From Daphnia carinata (lineage: Eukaryota), in contig NC_081333.1 in the NCBI RefSeq assembly GCF_022539665.2, positions 2,976,001-3,040,000 on the forward strand: 64,000 nt of DNA, written 5' to 3'. The notes under the pieces are model-generated. The model saw only the letters and a program-made list of their open reading frames with translations. It did not search any database and was not told the origin of the DNA. A program made the position numbers and the translations under genes. The first letter of the stretch is position 1. Each line of letters opens with the position of its first letter. Of the stretch, positions 11,700 to 35,388 are shown piece after piece.

Positions 11700-14600
11700 A
11701 GGCAAACCAAAGGTACTGATACGTTCAAAGTTATTCGAAAACTTCATGCTATAGTAGTATTTATTGTTTTGTTGTGTTGTAGCATTATTTCAGGCTTGGA
11801 AGCTAACACCACCTATCCTCAAGTAGACGAACTGGTTTACACGTTTTTTCCCCGAATGTTAGAAGTCTTTTTTTACTTTTGACGAAAAATGATAAACAAC
11901 TCATCCGATCTTGTAATATCAATAGTGTAGCAAAATACACGATATTTCTTTGTTTTATATAAATATTAGCAACCGTCTCATTTCTGTTTTGTCTCGAAAT
12001 AACGAATATTTGTAGAGGGTCCAGTTTTCCCCGTCAGTTATATTTAGCCACCACCCGGGTATACTTGGAGAATCTATGTGTGTGTATATATGTGTGTGTG
12101 TGAAGAGGTTGGGTGTTGCCTGTGTGTGTATCTCGAAGAGTTCTGTCAATGCCTCAATGGCTTCGCGTGACGAAGACGAGTCTGCGATTCGGCCAGTTCT
12201 GTTGTGTTGGTGACTGAACCTAACCGCCCCGTTCAGCCCATGGTATCACGATTTTGCCAAGTGATTGGAATGTTTTTGTTTAGATTGTTTTAGTGTTTTA
12301 ATTTATAACTACCGTGGGGTAGAACGGGGCCCCTTCCCTTAACTGCTGCGTGTATACTGCCAAAACATATAGAAAAAGAAGACCAGAGGGAAGAAAGGAA
12401 ATCTTCAGTGCTGAACGGTATTTCACTTCGTGCCTCTGTGTGACGGCTCCAGTATTTTCAGTTTGGATGTGTTAGTTCCATTTCCATCCAACACTTCTAG
12501 TGTGTTTGCGATGGACATTTCACATGACTGTTCCTAGGATGATGAGTTGATCAAGGCTTTTGCTTCTTTTGACTCTACTGCCAGCTGATCAGCCTACCAA
12601 TTTACGTCAGGTATAGCAACTTACTAACATCATTTTCAATTGTTGTTTTTTCACCCAGCACTGTCTGCCTTCAGCCGTGGTTGGCAAGGTGACTGAGACT
12701 AAACAAGATAGGTTGAAGTTTATTGGGAGCTCGCAAACAAGTGATTGTGTGACCTGCTAATCTAATCTTAAGCTCAGCCAGGAGGTGTCTGCCAGGGATA
12801 TCAGAAACCTGCCTGCATATTGTGATTCACTTGCAAAGCACCCACATTGTGCATCAATAGACAGATATGGTTGCTCCTGAAGTCTCGTAATCAATATTCC
12901 TGGCTGTCACGCCTGTGTGCTCTGAGGCCTTGCCAACTTTTCTCCTCTCTTGTTTTCTCACATTTATGAATCCTGTATATCGTCTGTTGATTGTGTGGCG
13001 AAAAGACGACGATGGGTTGTGTGTCAAGTGTCTAAAGGAAGTTGGAACGATTGGCTCGTCTGTGTTGATCATGTCTCCATAAGGTGATGTGAGAGTATAC
13101 ACCAAGTGCAGTGTGTGTGTGTATGTGTAAAAGGGGGAGGTGTAGGAAAACAGAGAAGAGGTTGGGGAGGGGGTGGGTAGCACTTGAATCGTGACTTTGC
13201 ATTCGGGAGGAAATAAAAAGGAAAAGAAAGAAAAATAGTTGGCCGTTCCGATGCGGGGGAGAGGAGGAGCGGTTATGCGGAAGAGTTGGTTTATTCCTTA
13301 GCTACGGATGATTTCTTTCTCCCTCTTTTTCTCTTTCTCTCTACGTACCTACCCGGTTTTACTCGTTTCCCTGGCGCCGTCAACAACAACAAAAAAAAAA
13401 AAACTTTAAATGTGGGAAAAAAAAAAAATCTTTTGAGTTTTTTTTTTGTTGTTGTTGTTGTTTCGATTACATTTAGCGCCCAAAGAATTGTAGCTGTTGA
13501 AGAACGAGATAACGGGAAAGAAAAAAAAAAGAATAGGGAAAACGAAAAACTTAAACCTGTGACTGGTTTGGATGACTATACGATGGATAGTCTTGAGGGA
13601 AAAAATTGTTGGCAAGTGCCTTATTCGAAGGAGCCCCCGTCAATGCCAATGCAATTATCGCCGAGGCAATTTATTTACTAGCCGCATTGCTATAGCAAAG
13701 CTGGCCGGTAGATATAGGGCAGTAGATGGCCAAAGAAGAAAGGGAGCAACAAAAAAAAACAAACAAAGTCCCTTCTGTACAATGAAGGAATGTCTCTGTG
13801 ACTCTTGACGATCTCCCCCCACCTAGTAGTGCGCAAGCCGAGAGCCAAAAAGAAAAGGGAGAAGTATATATATCTCTCTTACATCTAATACGTGTGCAGT
13901 ACATAAATACAAGGGGGCTGATGGGTCGAACCGGTCGGCATGCCCTGCTCCTCCCTTCTGGCTGCGCTACGGATAGGGGAGGAGTGATGTATAAATAAAT
14001 CGAGTTTGTTGTCGGGTGTAGGTGGAGGAATAGGAAGGGTAGCATGTGTGGGATATTTTTCTTTTGCCTCCCTTGAAAAACGAAAAAAAAAAAAAAAAAA
14101 AAAAAACCCAACTTGGCTAACGTAAAAGTTTTTCCTTCTTCTTATTCGTTCGTCCATTCAGACCGCCGCAAATGGGTTCTGCTGGCCCGGCTGTCGGACC
14201 CGGCGTGTCTCCCGCTGCGTGCGTGCGAGTGGTCGAGGGGGTGGTAGTGGGAGAGACAAGAGTCGAAACTGATCTTCCATAACTCTCTCTCTCTCTGCTG
14301 TTTGTAACGTAACGAGGAGGGGGGTCGTAACAAGAAAAAGAGTCAAAGAATAGCGGGAACTGTGCTCGTTACATGAGTTAATAGTGGCATACAGTACCTT
14401 AGAGATCTTGTCAAACCATTTCCTCTGTGTGTGTGTGCACTATGTAAATCCTTTTCCTTTTTTATTTAACTATTTTTTTTTTCTTTTTTAAATGTCTAAT
14501 GTTTTTCACGCGTTTTCCTATTTGCAGATTTCACGAAAGCTGAAGGAAGGAAGAATAACAAGGATGTGTCCAGTTATGACAGCCGCCAAGGATTAACGTT

Positions 14601-14737
14601 GACGATCCCCAGTGTGTGTGTGTGTGTGTGTTGTTTGTTTTTGTGCGCAAAAATTGTGCGATAAAAGAAGCTCGGTAATCGGGAAAAGGGATAAACACAA
14701 GAAAAACGGACTAGCGAAAGACAGTTCCGCTTGGCTA

Positions 14738-27790
<13,053 letters not shown>

Positions 27791-27961
27791 ACGTTTTGTC
27801 TACACTTCTTCATGGACGCATTCATTTTTCTTCGTTTCCACATCGAAAATACTAAAAACGAAAAGTGGCGTACTTATTTATTTGTCATCAGGACTCTTTA
27901 GAAATCAAACACACACAAAACAATAATAATGAAACAAACAAGAAAGGAGAGGAAAAACAAA

Positions 27962-27993
<32 letters not shown>

Positions 27994-29965
27994 CAACAAA
28001 CAAGTTAAGCAAAAAAAAAAAACGTGACGATATTGTGATTGTGTAGCGTATTGGACGCGATATGGAAAGGACGTACTTGTCACTATTTAAATTCCTTTTG
28101 TTGGTTTGGGTCATTGTTATTTGAACGAACCTTGTAGACCTCCTCCTCTCTTCGGCGGCGTGATTCGTCGAAACTGATGCATCAACCGCAACGTCACCGA
28201 CTTTCAAACACCTCCCTATTATTTTTTATTTTTTATTTTTTTTTTCTCAATTCGTTGTCTGTCTTGTGGTGCTTTTATAGACTATTCCTTCCCATTATTC
28301 TCAAGCGAATCAATCAATTATTTGGCCCCACGTACTTAATGCAATTTTTGACCCTCATTATTCTTTCCTTTAAAAAAAAAATGGCATTTAAAATTGCATT
28401 CATTTTTTTTTTTATGAAATTGCCGGCCATTCGTTTGTAGGATGGATAAAAAAAAAACGCTTGTACACTTTTGATGAGAGCTGGCGATTGCATAACATGG
28501 GTTTATCTACAGCGCCATTTTCTTTATTTGAATTTTTTGTGTTGTAATTCATTTTTTTTTTCTTCCCTCCCTTATCTACGTCCAGGGTCTGTTGTACAGC
28601 CTTGTAATATCGCCCTTTCTTACTATTATTTCTTGTTTTGTTACCTTTCTTATTATTTTGTGTACGTAGAGCGGCTGGTGACTACCCCTCGTCTACTTAT
28701 TAACTGGTCACCGGCCATTGGCGAGCGTAAGAGTGTCCCCTTTGTTACGAACACCTCCATCTTTTACCCCCCAGGTTCTCAAACTAATTTATCATTTCTT
28801 AATCTTGTCGACACTGTTGGATAGTGACTGTTTCCTTTGTTCACGCTAACCGTTCCGTCGTGGACTTCGTTTACTGAAACCTTTTCTTTTTTTTTTTTTT
28901 TTTTTTTCATCCTGATAATTTGCTTGACACTTTAGAAGAAAAGAAAAAACGCTGCCGCTCTAATAATCCCCAGACCTACATACTGTGAATGTTTACGTGC
29001 TCCCCAATTTAGGTCTTCTTTCATAGGAAATATACAATTTATCAAAGGCGGACTACGCCATTATTTCATAGGTACTATTGTGGATCAAAAGAGTTTCCTC
29101 CTGTATACCGAAATTAAGCCGTTTTTAACTAAATGAAAAAAAAATGCAGGTAGCGCATCAACTTTATTGTTTTCTTCCTATGTTTACTTCAAACACTATG
29201 GAGCCAAGGAGGAAAACTATGGAGCCGTGATTTCCATTCAATTTTGAATCGGAACCAGGTATTTTAAGTGAAATTAAAAATCTGGCCAAAAATGGAAAAG
29301 TAGGAAGGCTATAGGCTTCTCACTTTTTCAATTTTCGTCAAATTCTAGATTTGGTTAAAAATACATTATTCCGATTCAAAATTGATCGCTGATCACGAAA
29401 ATGGGAAATGTTTTTATATCAGGCTTCTACTTTTTGAATTAACCGAAAAAAAAACAGAAAGTCGGGCTTATTTAGTCGGGCTTAAAATTTTTTTCGGTCA
29501 GTGTATGTAGAGAATTAACTAGAAACGTGACCGGTAGATGGCGATAGCAGTAAAACAGAAAAAAACGCCAAGAAAAAAAAAATAATCACACTTTTTCTTT
29601 TTTTTTCGACCCGTAGCCATCTACCAGTCAGACTCGTTATTACAGGCATGTAGGCAATTTGAGTCCATTGGATTCCAATGGCAGTGAGTTGAGTAGCGTG
29701 GCTGGAGACAAACGCGTGGCTGGAGAAAAATATTTAAAAATGGGTAAGATAATAAAAGATAAGGATGGTAAGTATAAAGATTATTACATTGGTTTTAAAT
29801 TATTAATTATTGCTTATTAGATCATCGTTTTGGAAATATATCGAATTGAATAACTTTGATGTGTCATGCTAGCGCTGTAGCGTACTGGCGCGCCAGTCGT
29901 TTTTTAATTCGGTGTATTTCCAAAATTGTTGATGTTATGAAAAAAATAGCAATTTTCTCGGAATC

Positions 29966-30525
29966 AGTTAAAAATACATTATTCCGATGTGAAATTGAAC
30001 GCTGATCACGAATATCGGCTTTGTTTTGACATTTAACTTAACAAAATGGAGAAAAACGAAGAAAATGACCGTGGGAAAATTGCCTCCAAAACCGTCAAAA
30101 ATTGACCATCGTTGGAATTGCTTGAAAATAACACAATATACTCAAAATTTAATGCTGATTCCGAGAAAATTGCTATTTTTTTCATAACATCAACCGTTTT
30201 GGAAATACAGAGGATTGAATAACTTTGATGTGTCACGCTAACGCTGTAGCGTACTGGCGCGCCAGTAGTTTTTAAATTCGGTGTATTCCCAAAACGGTTG
30301 ATGTTATGAAAAAAATAGCAATTTTCTCGGAATCAGTATTCGATTTTGAGTATATTCTATCATTTTCAAGCAATTCCAACGATGGTCAATTTTTGACGGT
30401 TTTTGAGGCAATTTTCCCACGGTCATTTTCTTCGTTTTTCTCCGTTTTGTTAAGCCCAGTGTCAAAACAAAGCCGATATTCGTGATCAGCGTTCAATTTC
30501 AAATCGGAATAATGTATTTTTAACT
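29966..30525. repeat. Nested imperfect palindrome (arms ~29966-30209 and ~30282-30525)
   Basis: agttaaaaatacattattccgat...gctgatcacgaatatcggctttgttttgac is reverse-complementary to gtcaaaacaaagccgatattcgtgatcagc...atcggaataatgtatttttaact, with scattered mismatches. Confidence 0.9.
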
Positions 30526-31896
30526 AAATTAAGCAAGGATTACGAAAATTGATATCTTTTACACGTGAACCTTATGGCATTTGAATTATTAGAAGTGAAA
30601 GTTGCTACAGCCCTTACTCTTGCCCCGGACGATCGCTGAAACCCAATGCAGAAAACTGAATATCGTACCAATAGGTGGCTATAGTGTTTGGGGGATCGTC
30701 TGCAGTAAAAATTCCTGATACGAAGTTGCTACTGATTTTTTATTCGACGCTTAATACTGTTAAATACTATGGCAATCCGTTTTACCCCCCCCCCCCAAAA
30801 AAAAAAATCACACTTTTTTCTTGTTTTTCTCGTTTGTGTTTTTAGCTCAAATTTTGAGTCTACAAGCAAGTAGTTACGATTGCGAACAGCAATCCTTTAT
30901 AGTTCTGTCACAGCTAGAAGCCTCAAATAATTCTGCTTCTCTTGCTAAAGAACAACTTGTCCTTTACATTCAGAGTGTTGGTGAAGCTGTGTACTTAAAT
31001 GGCCCTAAAGATGTTTCACTTTGCTGGTATTGCAGCGATGAACATCATACATGGACTCTTTAGGTATGAAAGGAATTTTCTTGAAAATTTTTTGAATTTA
31101 TGACAAAGCATTTCTCCTCCTTTTTGCCAACCATGTCTAATCTAAAAAAAAAATTTATCCAATAGGAAAGGATTTTCAGCATACTGGGAACACAACTATC
31201 AACAATGCAACATTCTACGGGTGCTATTTTATCATCCAAGAGCCTTATACAATGATTTTCATCTGCAATTTGTATGGCCTTTCTCAAATTTCTGCCAGAA
31301 GTTGAATCTATGAGTCGCGTAAGTCACATGAGCAACAATTGAAATGCTTAATGGTGTTCTTTTTCTTTTCTCAGTATAGGTTAATAGTAACATTGGATCT
31401 GAAAAGATTCTTGGTTGGGGCAAGACACTGAATAAATTGTATTGATTGGATGGATGACATGACATTTCTATACTTAATTCGGATTCCCCAGACGGTATTT
31501 GATATTTAAAAAATTGAAGTGCATATCTGGGCTCCCTTCTTTTCTGAAGCCCCGTTTCCCCTTGACTCATAATAAGCCCGTAGGGGGTCATGCCCCTACT
31601 GTACGGTATATATAAAAACAACATATACCGAGGTTTGGAGGGCTCTGGCCGGAAAGGGGACGTGGGGTGCCGCTTAGTCCGATGATGTGTTCACGGAGGG
31701 TGACGTGGCTGCCCACAAATCCGAACTAAAGGTTAATCGCTCCTGTAAAAATGTTCCAAATCTTCAGCTCTTCTTCCGGCTTCTCTTAGCCAATCACCGG
31801 GTAATCTCCCCGGTGGGTCAACAAGGCAGTGTCTCCCCCTGCCTGGGTTGACGGCAACTTTTGAAAGGGCCATTGTGCCTTTTTAAAGTTGCAAAA
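30111..31896 (+). repeat. Left arm of a ~1.78 kb near-perfect inverted repeat
   Basis: Reverse complement of 32834-34616. The ORF track gives identical peptides on opposite strands (31259-31624 minus = 33106-33471 plus; 31060-31287 = 33443-33670; 30821-31063 = 33667-33909). Confidence 0.97.
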
Positions 31897-32069
31897 TCAT
31901 TTATTTGTGCAGAGTAATGTCAATACAATTTATTTTTTAAAACAAAAAAGCAAACTTGTGTTTTTAACCCTTTTCTTACTGTGCGTTTTTTTTTCCACAC
32001 ATGTATGTATTATCATTGGTTATTGATACATACCTGAAATTTTTATTGATTTGGTTTGAGCTTTCAACT

Positions 32070-32142
32070 CAGACTCGTTGGGGAATCGAACCCTGGATGT
32101 TCGGCATACAGCGCCGATGCTCTATCAATGAGCCATGAAACA
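32070..32142 (-). pseudogene. tRNA-like unit (A box TGGCTCATTGA, B box GGTTCGATTCC)
   Basis: Minus strand reads tggctcattgatagagcatcggcgctgtatgccgaacatccagggttcgattccccaacgagt. The anticodon-like stem TCGGC/GCCGA is present, but the acceptor stem is non-canonical. Confidence 0.7.
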
Positions 32143-32261
32143 TATGTTGATAAGTTGGCTCTTTTCTTGTCACTTACGGACTTACATTTACACTTAAAAT
32201 AAAATTGGAATGTAATGCTGCAATGTTCTTTTCTACAATTATTCCGTTTCATTTATCATAC

Positions 32262-32330
32262 ATCACCTGATGTTTGAACCCAGGGTAACAGGTACCGCAG
32301 CTAAAGGCTCTACCACAGAGCTATGGATCT
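32262..32330 (-). pseudogene. Degenerate tRNA-like unit
   Basis: Minus strand reads tagctctgtggtagagc...gggttcaaac (A-box and B-box like); no intact anticodon arm. Confidence 0.5.
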
Positions 32331-32427
32331 TACGGAAACTGTAGAAAGATAAAATTATACTTGTGCAGGAATGCACAGACAGCCTAGATGATAACATAGT
32401 ATATGGGATAATAAGAAACTTTAGATA

Positions 32428-32497
32428 TATCTCGTGGCTCAGCGTTAGAGCATCGGCGTTGCACGCTGAATGTCCGGGGATCGGTTCCCTTACGAGT
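32428..32497 (+). pseudogene. tRNA-like unit, inverted paralogue of 32070-32142
   Basis: ctcgtggctcagcgttagagcatcggcgttgcacgctgaatgtccggggatcggttcccttacgagt shares tggctca, tagagcatcggcg, tcc.ggg and acgagt with the minus-strand copy. The B box is degenerate. Confidence 0.65.
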
Positions 32498-32833
32498 AAA
32501 GTAAAATACAAATATAAAATTACTTCAGAAAATATCCTGGCATTACACGTTGTTCCTTGAATCTAAGTTGTAGAATTCAAAGAAGTATATAGAGTTCAAG
32601 TGTAAATATAATAATTGACTACTTACAGATAAATGATAAACCAATGGAAACAATGCTTACCATCAAAGGTGGCAAAAACAATAAAGTTGAATTGAGAAAG
32701 CTAAATAACAAAAAAAAAGGTTGATAAATGTAATGGATGAACACAGCGAACACAGACAATGAATGAAGCAAATTTTGAAAAAAATATTTTATAAAAAAAA
32801 CTTTATTGACAATTCTCTGCACATTACAATTAT

Positions 32834-34616
32834 TTTTGCAACTTTAAAAAGGCACAATGGCCCTTTCAAAAGTTGCCGTCAACCCAGGCAGGGGGAGACA
32901 CTGCCTTGTTGACCCACCGGGGAGATTACCCGGTGATTGGCTAAGAGAAGCCGGAAGAAGAGCTGAAGATTTGGAACATTTTTACAGGAGCGATTAACCT
33001 TTAGTTCGGATTTGTGGGCAGCCACGTCACCCTCCGTGAACACATCATCGGACTAAGCGGCACCCCACGTCCCCTTTCCGGCCAGAGCCCTCCAAACCTC
33101 GGTATATGTTGTTTTTATATATACCGTACAGTAGGGGCATGACCCCCTACGGGCTTATTATGAGTCAAGGGGAAACGGGGCTTCAGAAAAGAAGGGAGCC
33201 CAGATATGCACTTCAATTTTTTAAATATCAAATACCGTCTGGGGAATCCGAATTAAGTATAGAAATGTCATGTCATCCATCCAATCAATACAATTTATTC
33301 AGTGTCTTGCCCCAACCAAGAATCTTTTCAGATCCAATGTTACTATTAACCTATACTGAGAAAAGAAAAAGAACACCATTAAGCATTTCAATTGTTGCTC
33401 ATGTGACTTACGCGACTCATAGATTCAACTTCTGGCAGAAATTTGAGAAAGGCCATACAAATTGCAGATGAAAATCATTGTATAAGGCTCTTGGATGATA
33501 AAATAGCACCCGTAGAATGTTGCATTGTTGATAGTTGTGTTCCCAGTATGCTGAAAATCCTTTCCTATTGGATAAATTTTTTTTTTAGATTAGACATGGT
33601 TGGCAAAAAGGAGGAGAAATGCTTTGTCATAAATTCAAAAAATTTTCAAGAAAATTCCTTTCATACCTAAAGAGTCCATGTATGATGTTCATCGCTGCAA
33701 TACCAGCAAAGTGAAACATCTTTAGGGCCATTTAAGTACACAGCTTCACCAACACTCTGAATGTAAAGGACAAGTTGTTCTTTAGCAAGAGAAGCAGAAT
33801 TATTTGAGGCTTCTAGCTGTGACAGAACTATAAAGGATTGCTGTTCGCAATCGTAACTACTTGCTTGTAGACTCAAAATTTGAGCTAAAAACACAAACGA
33901 GAAAAACAAGAAAAAGTGTGATTTTTTTTTGGGGGGGGGGGGTAAAACGGATTGCCATAGTATTTAACAGTATTAAGCGTCGAATAAAAAATCAGTAGCA
34001 ACTTCGTATCAGGAATTTTTACTGCAGACGATCCCCCAAACACTATAGCCACCTATTGGTACGATATTCAGTTTTCTGCATTGGGTTTCAGCGATCGTCC
34101 GGGGCAAGAGTAAGGGCTGTAGCAACTTTCACTTCTAATAATTCAAATGCCATAAGGTTCACGTGTAAAAGATATCAATTTTCGTAATCCTTGCTTAATT
34201 TAGTTAAAAATACATTATTCCGATTTGAAATTGAACGCTGATCACGAATATCGGCTTTGTTTTGACACTGGGCTTAACAAAACGGAGAAAAACGAAGAAA
34301 ATGACCGTGGGAAAATTGCCTCAAAAACCGTCAAAAATTGACCATCGTTGGAATTGCTTGAAAATGATAGAATATACTCAAAATCGAATACTGATTCCGA
34401 GAAAATTGCTATTTTTTTCATAACATCAACCGTTTTGGGAATACACCGAATTTAAAAACTACTGGCGCGCCAGTACGCTACAGCGTTAGCGTGACACATC
34501 AAAGTTATTCAATCCTCTGTATTTCCAAAACGGTTGATGTTATGAAAAAAATAGCAATTTTCTCGGAATCAGCATTAAATTTTGAGTATATTGTGTTATT
34601 TTCAAGCAATTCCAAC
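32834..34616 (-). repeat. Right arm of the ~1.78 kb near-perfect inverted repeat
   Basis: Reverse complement of 30111-31896. Paired coordinates sum to 64730 (inner part) and 64727 (outer part), so the only length offset seen is a few bases around the C/A homopolymer. Confidence 0.97.
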
Positions 34617-35388
34617 CTTGCCTTACCACTTTTGTCAAAATCGGCCAAAATCGAAATCTCACGGAATTGGATGAAACTCGTATCGTTTAATCAAAATTTA
34701 ACGGTGATTTCGATTCTGCGATTGGTTTTGTCGCTAAGCCACCCATTTTTGAAATAAATGAAAAAAAGTGTTGTTACCTGCATCTTTCACACTGCTTTGT
34801 GGACAGTGCCAGCCTGCGGCGCTGAATATTGTACATAAATTCTCGTTATAACGTATAGCAATACCGAACATTTCGACCTCTGTTGGCTATTTCACTGACT
34901 GTGAAGGATTTCTCCGTGTATGATTGTTTTCGGGCCCTGTAATCCATTCACGTAACTGGAAACAAATTTATAGTTTATGGAATAAGTCGTTATTAGCTTG
35001 ATATCTTTTCGTAACTACAGCAGTACCTAGGAGAAAATACCTGGTTGGTTAATCCATAGGTAGTAACGTTAAAAGGGGTATTTAGACCTGTAACTGCAAA
35101 TATAAGGATCTTTAACCTATGTACACTAACACATTACAGGTACGGTGATAGATATTTATCCACACGTTCATCATTATATTTCTTGTACAATTCAAAATGG
35201 GAAAAGAAACGAAAAAAAGGTGGTGCTACAAAAAAAAACCCAGATGCTACACAGAAAAAAAATAATAAGAGAAAGTTTGGCTAAAGATAGGGTGAACCTA
35301 AACATTACATGAAATAACTGAGTTTTCTCTTTGTTACCGATTTGTTTAACGTTAGCTGGAAACCAACAGAAGTAAACCCCCCAAAAAA

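Larger units (their letters stand above)
29144..34784. mobile_element. Putative non-autonomous foldback-type DNA transposon with nested inverted repeats
   Basis: Ends ATGCAGGTAGC (29144) and GTTACCTGCAT (to 34783) are inverted, with patchy inverted similarity over ~165 bp. It contains internal palindromes and duplicated gctgatcacgaa/attccga modules, shows no recognisable transposase ORF, and lies between the MRCK and MSH6 3' ends. Confidence 0.6.

Noticed and set aside
32851..32862. CACAATGG, a Transib-like terminus at the inner arm end
   Set aside because: It points outward from the spacer with no matching partner end or 5-bp TSD, so it is too short to support a call.
33060..33185. RNase MRP-like words (gtcccc ... 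cggggctt)
   Set aside because: The GAAAGUCCCC CR-I context is absent (cacgtcccc), and the spacing and other conserved regions do not fit.
33152..33203. Hammerhead-like string ttatgagtcaaggggaaac in the arm (Penelope/retrozyme idea)
   Set aside because: It lacks the CUGANGA core and a pairable stem II, and no RT or GIY-YIG ORF is nearby.
33106..33670. 121-aa and 75-aa ORFs duplicated in both arms
   Set aside because: No recognisable domain; their identity simply reflects the inverted repeat.
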